NCBI GenBank assembly: GCA_015709635.1
Contig: CP054180.1
Span: 2,177,431-2,241,430, forward strand
Direction of reading: 5' to 3'
Source: Gammaproteobacteria bacterium
GTDB taxonomy: Bacteria > Pseudomonadota > Gammaproteobacteria > Burkholderiales > Nitrosomonadaceae
DNA length: 64,000 nucleotides
Shown here: in pieces, positions 1 to 10,714 of the stretch
Numbering within the stretch: position 1 is the first letter of the stretch
Layout of the letters: the number at the start of each line of letters is the position of its first letter
Position numbers and translations under genes: made by a program
The notes under the pieces: generated by a model
Told to the model about the DNA's origin: nothing
The model's input: only the letters and a program-made list of their open reading frames with translations
Database searches by the model: none

Positions 1-87
1 ACAGGTGTTCATCTCATCTCCGCTATTTACACCAGAAAATTTCAACGGCTAATTGCTGCATAGCCGGTACTTCCCTTAATGCTCGGC

Positions 88-2616
88 TTATTTCGCTTTC
101 AGTGCTAATGGATTTAGCGTCAGTTGCTGATAATAATTCACCCACGAAGCGTATTTCTCCGGCATCGCCCATACGCGATAATGCAGACGCGACATGATGA
201 CCGGATCGCTCAACAGTACCAGACGGCGATCGCGATTGAGCTTATCAGGGGCTTCATTCAGCGCCTGCTCAACGTGACGATCGCGGGCAATCTCAAGCAC
301 CTTGCTCTCGCGGTGGCGCGCGGTGGCCATCGCCGTCGCCAGTGCGCTGAACGATGGATGAAACACGGCGTGCATAAAGCCATCGTCCAGCGTGCGGCTG
401 CGATTCATCATCAGATAATTGTCTGTATCCACCAGTACCGGAGGCGGCGAATACTCTTCCGGAATCAGGAGCAACTTCCAGCGTTTGGCGCGCAGGCCAA
501 CGGACGAACGGCTGGAGATGACCGACACGAACGGCGACAGAATCAGCGAGAAGACAATAGGCGCCAACCAGAATAAGAAGCGCAGATCAAGCCACGCCAT
601 CCCTACGGCCCACACCAACCCCAGCAGCAGTTGAGAACCATGGCGCATAAGGGCTTCACTCCACGAGGTGGAATCATCGTCACGTTGTGGCGAATTCCAC
701 ACTACCTCCCAGCCAAGAAATGCGCTGACCACAAATACGGTGTGAAATAGCATACGTACCGGTGCCAGCAGCACCGAAAAGAGTACCTCCAGTAGCAGAG
801 AAATCGTGACGCGAATGAACCCACCGTACTCTTTCGTTCCCTTGCACCAGATAAGCAGAATACTCAGCAACTTGGGCAGGAACAGTAGCACCATGGTCGA
901 GGCTAACAGCGCGATCGCCAGTTCCGGCTTCCACTGTGGCCACACCGGAAACAGCTGGCGCGGCTGCAGGAAGTATTGCGGTTCTGTAAGCGCATGCACC
1001 ACCTGCAGCGCGGTGGAAAGCGCAAGGAACATAAACCATAGCGGCGCGGAAAGATAAGACATGACGCCGGTCAGGAACACCGCGCGGTGTACCGGATGCA
1101 AGCCCTTCACCAGAAATAGGCGGAAGTTCATCAGGTTGCCGTGACACCAGCGGCGGTCGCGCTTAAGCTCGTCCAGTAGGTTCGGCGGCAGTTCTTCATA
1201 AGAACCCGGCAGATCGTAAGCGATCCACACCCCCCATCCCGCACGGCGCATTAATGCCGCTTCCACGAAGTCGTGAGAGAGAATGGAGCCCGCGAAAGAG
1301 CCTTCACCCGGCAGAGGCGCCAGCGCACAGTGCTCAATAAACGGTTTCACACGGATGATGGCGTTGTGGCCCCAGTAGTGTGATTCTCCTAATTGCCAGA
1401 AGTGCAGGCCGGCAGTAAACAGCGGTCCGTAAACGCGTGTCGCAAACTGCTGGCAACGCGCGTAGAAGGTATTCATGCCTGAGGCTTTCGGCGACGACTG
1501 AATGATGCCGGCATTCGGGTTAGCCTCCATCAAGCGCACCAGATTGGTCAGGCACTCTCCTGACATCACCGAGTCCGCATCCAGCACCACCATGTAGCTG
1601 TACTGATTGCCCCAGCGGCGGCAGAAATCGTCAATGTTACCGCTCTTACGTTTCACGCGGCGGCGGCGGCGGCGATAGAAGATTTGACCTTCACCCTGAA
1701 CCTCTGCAATCAGTTCCATCCACGCTTTCTGTTCCGCAACGCAGATATCAGGATTGTAACTGTCACTCAGAATATAGACATCGAAGTGCTGTTGTTGATC
1801 TGTCGCCTTCACTGATTCCCAGGTCGCACGCAATCCGGCGAATACGCGATCCACGTCTTCGTTGCAGATAGGCATAATCAACGCCGTACGATGCTCGGGA
1901 TTGAGTGGCACATCCCCTGCCATCGATGCGGAAATACTGTACTTGTCTTTACCGATCAGTAGCTGCAGAAAGCCCATCAGTGCCGTCCAGAAACCGGCGG
2001 ATATCCAACAGAAGAGAATAGCGAAAAGGATCAAAATGCCGCTTTGCAGTATATAAGGCAGCAATTGCATAAACGATATCCACGCATCCTGATCAATCAT
2101 ATCGACCAGATTGATCAGCGCCCAGCCCTGGTAAGGAAGGACAGTTTTCATATACCAAGTCGCAACCACGGTTTGCGACAACGTCAGCAGCAGCAAAATG
2201 TAGCGGCGGATAGTACCGGCAGTGCGCCATTTCTGTTCATGAGCTTGCTCTTCCTTCGTCAGTCGCGACACATAGCGCGGTGCGACATCGTGTCCACGCA
2301 GATGATCCCAGAATCGACCAATCGGATTAGTGCGCCACGGATCCGGTGACATCGGTGAACGTGTCACTTTGGGCATCGCTTTCAGTTGCGTACGATCTTC
2401 GTTGTCTTTGATCAGTTGCCCGCCAACCAGAGAATCAGGCCAGCTCCGCTCAAGCCGCACTTTCACAGACCCCAGCGGCGAATCATCTTCACGCGCATAG
2501 TGATGATGCTCAGGATCCAGCGCCTCATGAAGGGCGCGGATATTCATTGCCGGCAGCACCGCTTTCTCAGCGTCAGTCAGCGGCAGCGCGTCAATATACT
2601 CAGTCACCTTATTCAT
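88..2616 (-). CDS. opgH: glucans biosynthesis glucosyltransferase H (OpgH/MdoH)
   Basis: ORF 88..2646. Long blocks are recognisable as enterobacterial OpgH ([46 protein letters not shown]). Start moved to the internal ATG (MNKVTEYID), which overlaps the opgG stop as ATGAATAA. Confidence 0.93.
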   Translation of the reverse strand: MNKVTEYIDALPLTDAEKAVLPAMNIRALHEALDPEHHHYAREDDSPLGSVKVRLERSWPDSLVGGQLIKDNEDRTQLKAMPKVTRSPMSPDPWRTNPIGRFWDHLRGHDVAPRYVSRLTKEEQAHEQKWRTAGTIRRYILLLLTLSQTVVATWYMKTVLPYQGWALINLVDMIDQDAWISFMQLLPYILQSGILILFAILFCWISAGFWTALMGFLQLLIGKDKYSISASMAGDVPLNPEHRTALIMPICNEDVDRVFAGLRATWESVKATDQQQHFDVYILSDSYNPDICVAEQKAWMELIAEVQGEGQIFYRRRRRRVKRKSGNIDDFCRRWGNQYSYMVVLDADSVMSGECLTNLVRLMEANPNAGIIQSSPKASGMNTFYARCQQFATRVYGPLFTAGLHFWQLGESHYWGHNAIIRVKPFIEHCALAPLPGEGSFAGSILSHDFVEAALMRRAGWGVWIAYDLPGSYEELPPNLLDELKRDRRWCHGNLMNFRLFLVKGLHPVHRAVFLTGVMSYLSAPLWFMFLALSTALQVVHALTEPQYFLQPRQLFPVWPQWKPELAIALLASTMVLLFLPKLLSILLIWCKGTKEYGGFIRVTISLLLEVLFSVLLAPVRMLFHTVFVVSAFLGWEVVWNSPQRDDDSTSWSEALMRHGSQLLLGLVWAVGMAWLDLRFLFWLAPIVFSLILSPFVSVISSRSSVGLRAKRWKLLLIPEEYSPPPVLVDTDNYLMMNRSRTLDDGFMHAVFHPSFSALATAMATARHRESKVLEIARDRHVEQALNEAPDKLNRDRRLVLLSDPVIMSRLHYRVWAMPEKYASWVNYYQQLTLNPLALKAK

Positions 2617-4162
2617 CGGCAGGTAGCTGATAGCTCCAAGTTTCACTCAGCGTCTGGTCACCGTTGACTAGCGCAGCACGCATCTCAGTGATTTTCTTCA
2701 CATCTTGTACTTTTATCCGCAGCATCAGACGCCAACCTTTAATGACCGGGTTGTAACGCACGCTGCTCTCGACGATCTCACCGTTGTCGTCAATGCTGGT
2801 CTGCGCTACAACAGGAGTATCCTGCGGCAGCTTCTTCATCTCTGCGCCAGTAAAATCGACGACGAAGGCGATCGTGCCATCAGGTCGGCGAATGAGATTA
2901 GACTGTTTTACATCACCCGTTGAGCGCAGCGTCTGCATGACGTACGCGTTATCCGGCGCATGCAGTTTGTCTTCGTCGCGGCTGAAGGTGATGGTGTACT
3001 TGAAGTTCATCTCTTTATCAGCTTCCGGCAGTTGATCCGGCGTCCAAAAGGCGACGATGTTGTCGTTGGTTTCATCATTGGTCGGAATTTCCACCAGCTC
3101 GACTCTACCTTTGCCCCACTTTCCTTTCGGCGTTATCCACGCGCTCGGACGCAGATCGTAACGGTCATCCAGATCTTCAAAACGCAAGAACCGGCGGCCA
3201 CGTTGCAGCAGACCAAAGCCCCGCGGATTTTCCGTGGAGAAACTACTGATGGCCAAACGTTTCGGATTGTTCAGCGGACGCCAGATCCACTCTCCATTAC
3301 CGGCGTGAATGGATAGGCCATTAGAGTCATGTAACTCAGGACGGAAGTTCGTCATCGGAGAAGGCTGATTAGAGCCGAACAGGAACATGCTCGTCAGCGG
3401 CGCAACGCCGAGCTTGCCAACCTTGTCGCGCAGATAGATTTTCGATTGCACGTCGATGACAATATTGCGATCCAGAATCATGACAAAGCGGTAAGCACCC
3501 GTAGCACGGGGAGAGTCGAGTAGCGCATAGATTGTCAGTCGTTTGTCAGCCGGTTTAGGCCGCTCGATCCAAAATTCTCGAAACCGGGGAAACTCTTCGC
3601 CGGAAGGCAGAGCAGTATCGATAGCTAAGCCACGCGCGGAAAGACCATAAACCTGGCCGGCACCAACCACGCGGAAATAACTGGCACCAAGCATACTGAG
3701 AATTTCGTCGTTTTTACCTTTACTATTGATCGGATACAGTACTTTGAAGCCGGCAAAGCCAAGATCTTTCACTATGTCTTTATCATACTGGACATCGCCA
3801 AAATTGAAATAATCGGAACTGTATTTGATTTTATGTACCGACGTGGCGGTTACTTCATTAATTTCGATTGGCATATCGAAGTACATACCCTGATGATAAA
3901 ACTCAAGCTTGAATGGAGTCTTCAGATTACTCCAGTAAGCTTTACCATGATTAAACTGAATCTGCTGATAATCCGCATACTTCATGTCGCGGAAAATAGA
4001 GGGCAAATTGCTTTTCGGCGTTTCGTAGCTTTTGCCGGCTAACGATCGAGCTTGTTTTGCAACATCATCGATGGTAAAGGCCCAAGCCGACGAGGCATAC
4101 AGGGCTAACATCACTACCGAGCCCAACCAACGCATTCTCATCATTTGTGGTTTATGTTTCAT
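2609..4162 (-). CDS. opgG: periplasmic glucan biosynthesis protein OpgG/MdoG
   Basis: 517-aa ORF with a signal peptide (ALYASSAWA). Near-colinear blocks match E. coli OpgG as I recall it ([47 protein letters not shown]). The exact start (M1, M7, M8 or M10) is uncertain. Confidence 0.93.
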   Translation of the reverse strand: MKHKPQMMRMRWLGSVVMLALYASSAWAFTIDDVAKQARSLAGKSYETPKSNLPSIFRDMKYADYQQIQFNHGKAYWSNLKTPFKLEFYHQGMYFDMPIEINEVTATSVHKIKYSSDYFNFGDVQYDKDIVKDLGFAGFKVLYPINSKGKNDEILSMLGASYFRVVGAGQVYGLSARGLAIDTALPSGEEFPRFREFWIERPKPADKRLTIYALLDSPRATGAYRFVMILDRNIVIDVQSKIYLRDKVGKLGVAPLTSMFLFGSNQPSPMTNFRPELHDSNGLSIHAGNGEWIWRPLNNPKRLAISSFSTENPRGFGLLQRGRRFLRFEDLDDRYDLRPSAWITPKGKWGKGRVELVEIPTNDETNDNIVAFWTPDQLPEADKEMNFKYTITFSRDEDKLHAPDNAYVMQTLRSTGDVKQSNLIRRPDGTIAFVVDFTGAEMKKLPQDTPVVAQTSIDDNGEIVESSVRYNPVIKGWRLMLRIKVQDVKKITEMRAALVNGDQTLSETWSYQLPADE

Positions 4163-4471
4163 CAGTTCATCCCTTGTGTGCTTATATCAGTCCGCTCCAT
4201 TTTAATGGAAACTCAGGCAATCCGAACTGTTGTTAATTTTTAATCAGAAAATCCATAACTTCATTTTTGGCATTCACACTGCAGAAACAGTAGGTTATAA
4301 GTGGGTGCAAAAAATGTTTATTGTTTATGTAGACGCAATGCAGACAGCAAATCGAAATATACAGCTTGATAAATAATCCATTTTCTCCATTCAGTTTTTG
4401 TTCAGACAAAGCGGCGTAGATTGACGCCATCAGGAATTCACCTGGAACAAACAATACAAAGGAGAAATATC

Positions 4472-4789
4472 ATGAGCACCACAACAAAAAAACTGACCAG
4501 TCTCGCCGCGATTGCATTGCTGTCCGTCAACCTGGCAGCACCTTCTTTGGCGCACGCGGATAGAGGTCATCATCACCGGCATCATCATGGTCATCATCAC
4601 CATAAACACCATAGCCATTTCAACGGGTATGTCTACAGCCAACCGCGCGGCTACTATCAACCGTACTATCCGCAGCCGCAGTATAGCTATAATTACAGCT
4701 ACTACCCTCCAGCTCCGGTTTATGCCGTTCCGCCTCAAATGATGATGGGCATCAATACCGGAAATGTGGACTTTATGTTACGCTTCTGA
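4472..4789 (+). CDS. secreted His-rich / Tyr-Pro-Gln-rich low-complexity protein
   Basis: AAGGAG lies 7 nt upstream of the ATG at 4472. Signal peptide ends in SLAHA, followed by HHHRHHHGHHHHKHHSH and then YYQPYYPQPQYSYNYSYYPP. C-terminal residue is Phe. A terminator-like hairpin follows. Confidence 0.6.
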   Translation: MSTTTKKLTSLAAIALLSVNLAAPSLAHADRGHHHRHHHGHHHHKHHSHFNGYVYSQPRGYYQPYYPQPQYSYNYSYYPPAPVYAVPPQMMMGINTGNVDFMLRF

Positions 4790-4797
4790 TGCGAAAA

Positions 4798-4850
4798 GCG
4801 GGTGCCGGATAGCGATAAAAAGCATATCCCGCCCCGCTTAATCTTTATTT
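4798..4850 (+). terminator. imperfect long hairpin plus T-rich tail after the His-rich gene
   Basis: GCGGG..GGATA / TATCC..CCCGC arms followed by TTAATCTTTATTTT. Confidence 0.45.
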
Positions 4851-4873
4851 TCGGCGTGCAAGGATGCTGGGTT

Positions 4874-5164
4874 ATGAACAAATGGCGGCAAGCATTACTG
4901 ATAGCGTTGATCATGGGTACCGTACTGACGAACGCAACGGCCGGCCGGCAAAATACACCCAGTGAGCGCGGTAGCGCAAGCGATCCGGCTGCCGGTATTT
5001 CTGAGCAACGCGCAATTACGATTGCGCAGCAGCATTTCAAAGGCCGCGTGCTGGCGATCAATCAGACCGACCATCTGTATCGCGTCAAAATACTCAGCGA
5101 TCAAGGCACTGTACACACAATTCTGATCAATGCGCTGGACGGTAGCGTCGTATCAACTCATTAA
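4874..5164 (+). CDS. PepSY domain-containing small secreted protein
   Basis: Signal peptide MNKWRQALLIALIMGTVL. C-terminal PepSY-like segment (ISEQRAITIAQQHFKGRVLAINQ..YRVKILSDQGTVHTILINALDGSV). Start taken at internal M25 of ORF 4802..5164. Confidence 0.7.
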   Translation: MNKWRQALLIALIMGTVLTNATAGRQNTPSERGSASDPAAGISEQRAITIAQQHFKGRVLAINQTDHLYRVKILSDQGTVHTILINALDGSVVSTH

Positions 5165-5234
5165 TCTCGAAATGAATTCCATGATTCAATCCAACACGTT
5201 TTTTCGTTGTCATTGTGTAGTACAGGAGACCTGA

Positions 5235-5921
5235 ATGCGTATCCTGGTTATTGAAGACGAATTCCGCTTGCAAAACCAAATCCGCCAGCAACTGGAAGCT
5301 GCCGGATATATGGTCGACACCTGCAGTAACGGTGACGAAGGCTTGTTTCTCGCCACGGAATACCCGCTCGATGCCGCCATCATCGATATCGGTTTGCCCG
5401 GTAAATCCGGCCTGGAAATTATCAAGACGCTGCGGGAACGCGGCAGCCTGCTGCCGATTCTGATCCTGACCGCACGCAGCAGCTGGCAGGATAAAGTGCA
5501 AGGATTGGAGATGGGTGCGGACGATTATCTGACCAAACCGTTCCAGATGGAAGAACTGCAAGCGCGGGTCAAGGCGCTGCTGCGGCGCGCCACCGGCATC
5601 CCGCAAACCCTATTGAAATGCGGTCCGGTCACAGTGGATGTCACAGCGCAATCGGTCACGGTCAACGGCGCAAATATTGAATTAACCTCGTTTGAATACC
5701 GTTTGCTGGAAGAGCTAGTACGCCACCATGGCGAAGTACTGTCCAAACATACGCTCGCCGACTATCTCTATCCGCACGACGAAGATCGCGACAGCAATGT
5801 GCTCGAAGTTATGGTCGGCCGATTACGCCGCAAACTCGACCCCGATGGCACATTAAACCCGATTGAAACCATGCGCGGACGCGGCTACCGCTTCACCCTG
5901 GATTGCAACAAATCGTCATGA
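5235..5921 (+). CDS. OmpR-family response regulator, PhoP-like
   Basis: Receiver domain (IIDIGLPGKSG, LPILILTARSSWQDKV, GADDYLTKPF) plus winged-helix output (FEYRLLEEL, MRGRGYRF). Confidence 0.9.
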   Translation: MRILVIEDEFRLQNQIRQQLEAAGYMVDTCSNGDEGLFLATEYPLDAAIIDIGLPGKSGLEIIKTLRERGSLLPILILTARSSWQDKVQGLEMGADDYLTKPFQMEELQARVKALLRRATGIPQTLLKCGPVTVDVTAQSVTVNGANIELTSFEYRLLEELVRHHGEVLSKHTLADYLYPHDEDRDSNVLEVMVGRLRRKLDPDGTLNPIETMRGRGYRFTLDCNKSS

Positions 5922-7258
5922 TGTCGCTCAATCAGCGCGTTTTATTCAGCGCGACGCTGGTATTGCTGATTTTTATCGTAGGCATTGCCTTGACGCTGGA
6001 TCGCGCCTTCTACGATAGCGCACGCGTGGGTGTTAAGGATCGGTTATTTGCAAAATTGCTGATGCTGATGGGTGACGCCGAGGTGGAGGATTCCGGTGAA
6101 CTGGATGTACCGACTAACTTACTCGATGCAGAACTCGGTCACGTCAATTCGGATACCTATGCCTTCATCATTGGCCCTACCAACACGATCATGTGGCGCT
6201 CCACGTCATCGCTGAACAAACCGATTCCGGCGATTGCGCTGCTGGATAAAGGAAAAAAAGAATTCGAGCAAATCATGCTCAACGATGAACCGCATTTTAT
6301 CTACCGTTATGGCGTTGCCTGGGAGACACCGTCCGGCGATTACCCACTGACTTTCCATGTCATCACCGATACCGTGCTGTTCGAAGCGCAAATCGAGCAC
6401 TACCGGGAAGATTTGTGGGGTTGGTTGGGTGTGATGGCTGCTTTCTTGCTGGCGACGCAGATGCTGGTATTGCGCTGGGGCTTGCTACCGCTGCGCAAGG
6501 TTTCCGTGGAGCTTGCCGCGATCGAATCCGGTCAGCAGGAGAGCCTCAAAGATACGTACCCCAGTGAGCTTAAACTACTGACCGACAGCATCAATTCCTT
6601 GATCACGCACGAACACAAGCAACAAAAACGCTACCGCAACGGTCTCGCCGATTTGGCGCACAGCCTCAAAACACCGCTCGCCGTGCTGCAAGGCGCGATT
6701 CATAGCGAAGACGATGAAACCATCCGGCGCAAAACCATTCAGGAACAAATCGAGCGCATGGATAACACCATCCAGTACCAATTACGCCGCGCCGCGACTG
6801 CCGGCAGTTCACCGGGAATGGGATTGATTCTGTTACGCCCGATGGCTGACCGCATCGTCAACACTGTCACCAAAGCCTACCGCAACAAGCATCCGGATAT
6901 AATCGTGGAAATCGATGACACCATCGGTTTGCGCATCGACGAAGGCGACTTGATGGAATTGCTCGGCAACCTGGTCGACAACGCCTTTAAATGGTGCCGC
7001 CATAGCATCCATTTATCCGCTGGTTATGTGGAAACTCAAGTGGTGATCCAAGTCAAAGACGACGGCCCGGGCATCCAGCCGCACGAAATCGCCAGAATCC
7101 TGGAGCGTGGCGTACGCGCCGACCAATCCACACCCGGTCACGGTATCGGCCTGGCGATTGTGCGCGATATCATGCAGGTATACGGTGGCGAGCTATCGAT
7201 TGAGAACAACCCAAGCAGCGGTCTTAGCGTGACTTTGCGTTTAAAGAAAAGCAAATAA
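5918..7258 (+). CDS. sensor histidine kinase, PhoQ-like
   Basis: Two TM segments flank a periplasmic domain. H-box LADLAHSLKTPLAVLQ; N, G1 and G2 boxes (GNLVDNAFKW, DDGPGI, GHGIGLAIV). The ATG overlaps the regulator stop (ATGA). Confidence 0.88.
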   Translation: MMSLNQRVLFSATLVLLIFIVGIALTLDRAFYDSARVGVKDRLFAKLLMLMGDAEVEDSGELDVPTNLLDAELGHVNSDTYAFIIGPTNTIMWRSTSSLNKPIPAIALLDKGKKEFEQIMLNDEPHFIYRYGVAWETPSGDYPLTFHVITDTVLFEAQIEHYREDLWGWLGVMAAFLLATQMLVLRWGLLPLRKVSVELAAIESGQQESLKDTYPSELKLLTDSINSLITHEHKQQKRYRNGLADLAHSLKTPLAVLQGAIHSEDDETIRRKTIQEQIERMDNTIQYQLRRAATAGSSPGMGLILLRPMADRIVNTVTKAYRNKHPDIIVEIDDTIGLRIDEGDLMELLGNLVDNAFKWCRHSIHLSAGYVETQVVIQVKDDGPGIQPHEIARILERGVRADQSTPGHGIGLAIVRDIMQVYGGELSIENNPSSGLSVTLRLKKSK

Positions 7259-7303
7259 TGCTCGTGCTGAACTCGTCGCATCAGGAACATTACCCACCCC
7301 GGC

Positions 7304-7576
7304 TTAGGCTTTGATCAGCGTCCATGCACCAATCAGAATAAACCCTACCCCTGCGATGTAGTGCAACTGCTTCTCGCTGATGTAATCGGAAACAAAACTA
7401 CCCGCCAGCACCCCGATCGCCGAGGTCGCGACCAACGCCAGCGATGCACCGATAAATACCGTCCACTTGCCGGCTTCTTTATCGGCGGCAAACAACATCG
7501 TGGCCAATTGCGTTTTGTCACCCAGCTCCGCGATAAACACCGTGGCGAAAACCGTCAGTAAAATTTTGTAATCCAT
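7304..7576 (-). CDS. UPF0016/GDT1 (TMEM165) family membrane protein
   Basis: 90 aa, three hydrophobic segments, and the family motif ELGDKTQ. Confidence 0.75.
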   Translation of the reverse strand: MDYKILLTVFATVFIAELGDKTQLATMLFAADKEAGKWTVFIGASLALVATSAIGVLAGSFVSDYISEKQLHYIAGVGFILIGAWTLIKA

Positions 7577-7782
7577 CTTTATAATCCGAAAGTTAAATTT
7601 GAGTTAGATCTTTTACCGGTTGAATTTCATAATAGCAATGCTGTGGTAAAGGTCACAATGGAATTGCCCGCCAGCGTGCTAGTATAGCAACGCATGTTCG
7701 GCAGCACCCTTTAGTTCAATAACAACGCAGAGAATACGAAGCTTCCACCGGTACTCTCGCATTTTACCCAAGGAGAATCACC

Positions 7783-8595
7783 ATGAATTCAACACCAAGC
7801 ACAAGGCCTGAAGCAAATCGGATTTGTAATCTGATACCCTCGCGCGATACCGAGCGTGACTGGGGCATCAAACATGCTATCGCGGCCGGTGCTGTCGCCG
7901 CCGCACCTGCGGCTTTACCCGCCAGTGTGGATTTGCGTGCAGCCTGGTGGAATATCGGCAACCAGGAAAGCACCGGTTCCTGTGTCGGCTGGGCTTCCAC
8001 CGATGGTGTAACCCGTTACCACATGGTCAAAGCCGGTAAAATCGTCCAGCCTGGCTTTTTGTCGCCGCGTTGCACGTGGATGGCGTCGAAGGAAACCGAT
8101 GAGCTCGCAAGCCGCCCGGAAACCTTTATCGAAGAAGCCGGTACTACGCTGAAAGCAGCCATGGATATCCTGCGTAAATACGGCGCAGTCCCTGAAGCCA
8201 TGCTGCCTTTTCACATTACGACCGCGATGTATCTCGGTGACGAAAACACCCTGTACGCCACTGCGGCAACTCGCCGCATTGCAGCTTACTTCAATCTAGG
8301 CAAAGACTTGAACAGTTGGCGCAATTGGCTGGCCACTCACGGCCCGATCATGGCCGGATTGAATGTCGATGCAACATGGGATAATGCCACGGCAACCCAC
8401 GGCAAGCTTGATGGCTTTCAACCCGGCACTATTCGCGGCGGTCACGCTGTGTGCATCGTCGGTTACACGACGGACAAACGCTTCATCATCCGCAACAGCT
8501 GGGGCAAAACATGGGGAGATCAAGGCTTCGCCTATGCCAGCGAAGCGTACATCAATGCCGGTTTTTATAATGAAAGTTACGGCGTCACTGTTTAA
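7783..8595 (+). CDS. papain-like cysteine peptidase (family C1), no signal peptide
   Basis: AAGGAG RBS. Catalytic signature NQESTGSCVGWA (Gln/Cys), GGHAVCIVGY (His), IRNSWGKTWGDQGF (Asn). Confidence 0.85.
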   Translation: MNSTPSTRPEANRICNLIPSRDTERDWGIKHAIAAGAVAAAPAALPASVDLRAAWWNIGNQESTGSCVGWASTDGVTRYHMVKAGKIVQPGFLSPRCTWMASKETDELASRPETFIEEAGTTLKAAMDILRKYGAVPEAMLPFHITTAMYLGDENTLYATAATRRIAAYFNLGKDLNSWRNWLATHGPIMAGLNVDATWDNATATHGKLDGFQPGTIRGGHAVCIVGYTTDKRFIIRNSWGKTWGDQGFAYASEAYINAGFYNESYGVTV

Positions 8596-8621
8596 CCGGC
8601 GCTTGAATCATCGAGCACCCC

Positions 8622-9056
8622 ATGACGGAAACACCATCATCCTTGGAGTGGATGCTCGTAACCGCACTGGTGGCGGTATGCCTCGTGTACGCCACAGGTG
8701 CGGCTTGTGAATCAATTCTGGAAAAGACTTTCCCACCCATGTTACTGGTAGCTGAAAAAGATAATGAGCGGACGATCGATGTCCGCCTCGGTGAGCGGAT
8801 TCGAATCAACTTGCCGGAGAATGCGACCACCGGCTATCGTTGGGCGATTGATCGTTTCGATGAGGAATTCATCGAAACGATCGCGACAGAACCTCACTAT
8901 ACATCGGATGCCGTGGGTTCCGGGGGAGAAATCGAGTTCGTTTTTCAGGGCAAAAAAACCGGCTCCGGAGAAATCGTGCTGAAGCACTGGCGGCACTGGG
9001 AGGGGGATTCATCAATCACACAGCGCTTCCTGCTCCGTTGCAATGTGCAGTCGTAA
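8622..9056 (+). CDS. chagasin-family peptidase inhibitor (I42), probably exported
   Basis: Has the three chagasin loop motifs: NATTGYRW, VGSGG, RHWEG. N-terminal hydrophobic segment WMLVTALVAVCLVYATGAAC. Starts 26 bp after the peptidase stop. Confidence 0.8.
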   Translation: MTETPSSLEWMLVTALVAVCLVYATGAACESILEKTFPPMLLVAEKDNERTIDVRLGERIRINLPENATTGYRWAIDRFDEEFIETIATEPHYTSDAVGSGGEIEFVFQGKKTGSGEIVLKHWRHWEGDSSITQRFLLRCNVQS

Positions 9057-9220
9057 TTTGGCGCATCAAACAACGGTTCAGGCAAATCCCGCTTCATTCC
9101 TTCGGCCACTCAGAACGATCAGCCGAAGGAATGATCGCATTTTTACACACTGTACACCCGAATGACCGGTTATTCCTGCTTCATCTTCGAGCCGTACGCT
9201 CAACTTCATACCTAAACAGG

Positions 9221-10714
9221 CTAGAACTTGAACGTCACCATGGTGTAGCCGTAATTGGTGTCCTTCATGCCCGGGCTAAATGGAACCTTATCGAAGTAGT
9301 CACCCTTGAATAGATGGCTATAGCCAATGTCGAAGCTCACCCGTTTCAAGTAACTCCACTGCGGATCCCAGCCTACGCTGAGGTCCAGCATATTGCCCAA
9401 AAAACCACCGGCGCCGCCAGTCGGGTCTTGCAGGCCGCTGCCGACAAACGCGCCGCGTTTATCGGCCAACCAATAGGCGCGATGCGACATCATCAGGCGC
9501 ACGGTAGGCGTGGGTACGAGCGTTGCACGGAATCCGACAGGTGACAACAGATTGGATGGGAAGAACGGCCCGAACATACCGGTCGGACCATACTCGACGC
9601 GGCGTTTTGCGTACAAAATATCGAAATTCTTGTTCGGATCGCGGTCTCCCGATGCGAAGTCGAATAAGTAAATAGCCCGCAACGGCATCGGCGTATTGAA
9701 ACTATATCCGACCTCACCGTGGTGGCGATGAGCGAAAATACTTTCGCCCTGGGTATCACCGAACTGATACATGGATTCAATTTCATAATCCATGCTGCCT
9801 TTCGTCGGCTTGGCAAACAGCCTGAAACCCGTGGTCGACAAGTTGCGCCGTCTGAGATTATTGCCTTCGTTCAACTGCAAGAAATAGCCATCGAAGTTAG
9901 CCCAGCGTAAATCGCGGTTGGTCGCGTAAGCGCCGGAAAAGTAAGTTTCCGGGGTGTTCCAGTCTAGCGATGTCGGATCCCGCTGAACCGGCCGGGCGCC
10001 AAACACGCGCAGACTCCATTTTTGATCCGTATTGCCCATCATGAAGTGCAAGCCGTCGAACGCGGGTGTGAAGGGCCCCCAGCGATGTCCCCCTACCAGA
10101 CGAGCTTCGCCAAGGTCCATCACAAAACGTCCGACTTCAAATTTTGCCGCATAGCCTGTGCCAAGAAAGTTTTTGTCGTGCAGACCGAGATGCAGTTGGG
10201 TAAAGTCGAAATGATTGGCCATCGTCGGGTTATGATCTTGTCCGTAACTGGCCATCGGAACACGGAAGTCAGTCAATTCAAGGGTGAACTTCAGAGGATC
10301 GATAATATTCTTGACTTCAAACAAAAAGCGAGTGCGTTGATTGACCTGATCGTTGAATCCCGGAATATTTCTGGTAAAGCCGTGATCGTATACGTCGTAA
10401 CGCGTGCGGTGCTCGATCGCCACGTTAAGCCAATCCGGCGCCATTGCAGCTAGTGGCGTTTTATGCTCTTCCATTAATCTGGTCAAGCTATCGAAGTCGA
10501 AGCGCGTACTTCCCGGCGTGCCCAGCGCACTGAATGGTGCGCCATTGGTTCCATTGGCCGGCGCGGTTTTATTCTGAACGACAACGGATGGCTTTTTTGC
10601 CTTATCTGTCTCCGTTTTTTCCACTTCCGCCGCAAATAAGTGCGGACTCCATAAAAAACATCCAATAATGAAAAAGACTGTCCAACAAGTAAATTGAATA
10701 TTTCTCCACGTCAT
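9221..10714 (-). CDS. alginate-export family outer-membrane beta-barrel porin
   Basis: Signal peptide, alternating beta-strand pattern, C-terminal TMVTFKF. N-terminal EHRTRYDVYD..QRTRFLFE resembles the Alginate_exp family. Confidence 0.6.
   Translation of the reverse strand: MTWRNIQFTCWTVFFIIGCFLWSPHLFAAEVEKTETDKAKKPSVVVQNKTAPANGTNGAPFSALGTPGSTRFDFDSLTRLMEEHKTPLAAMAPDWLNVAIEHRTRYDVYDHGFTRNIPGFNDQVNQRTRFLFEVKNIIDPLKFTLELTDFRVPMASYGQDHNPTMANHFDFTQLHLGLHDKNFLGTGYAAKFEVGRFVMDLGEARLVGGHRWGPFTPAFDGLHFMMGNTDQKWSLRVFGARPVQRDPTSLDWNTPETYFSGAYATNRDLRWANFDGYFLQLNEGNNLRRRNLSTTGFRLFAKPTKGSMDYEIESMYQFGDTQGESIFAHRHHGEVGYSFNTPMPLRAIYLFDFASGDRDPNKNFDILYAKRRVEYGPTGMFGPFFPSNLLSPVGFRATLVPTPTVRLMMSHRAYWLADKRGAFVGSGLQDPTGGAGGFLGNMLDLSVGWDPQWSYLKRVSFDIGYSHLFKGDYFDKVPFSPGMKDTNYGYTMVTFKF

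Noticed and set aside
124-2667. Several 60-150-aa plus-strand ORFs within opgH, and similar ones within opgG
   Set aside because: All are antisense to strongly supported genes and have no RBS or recognisable motifs.
7577-7782. Possible yybP-ykoY manganese riboswitch upstream of the GDT1/UPF0016 gene
   Set aside because: I read the minus-strand leader and found no GGGGAGUAG or paired conserved elements. Only an Infernal scan could settle it.
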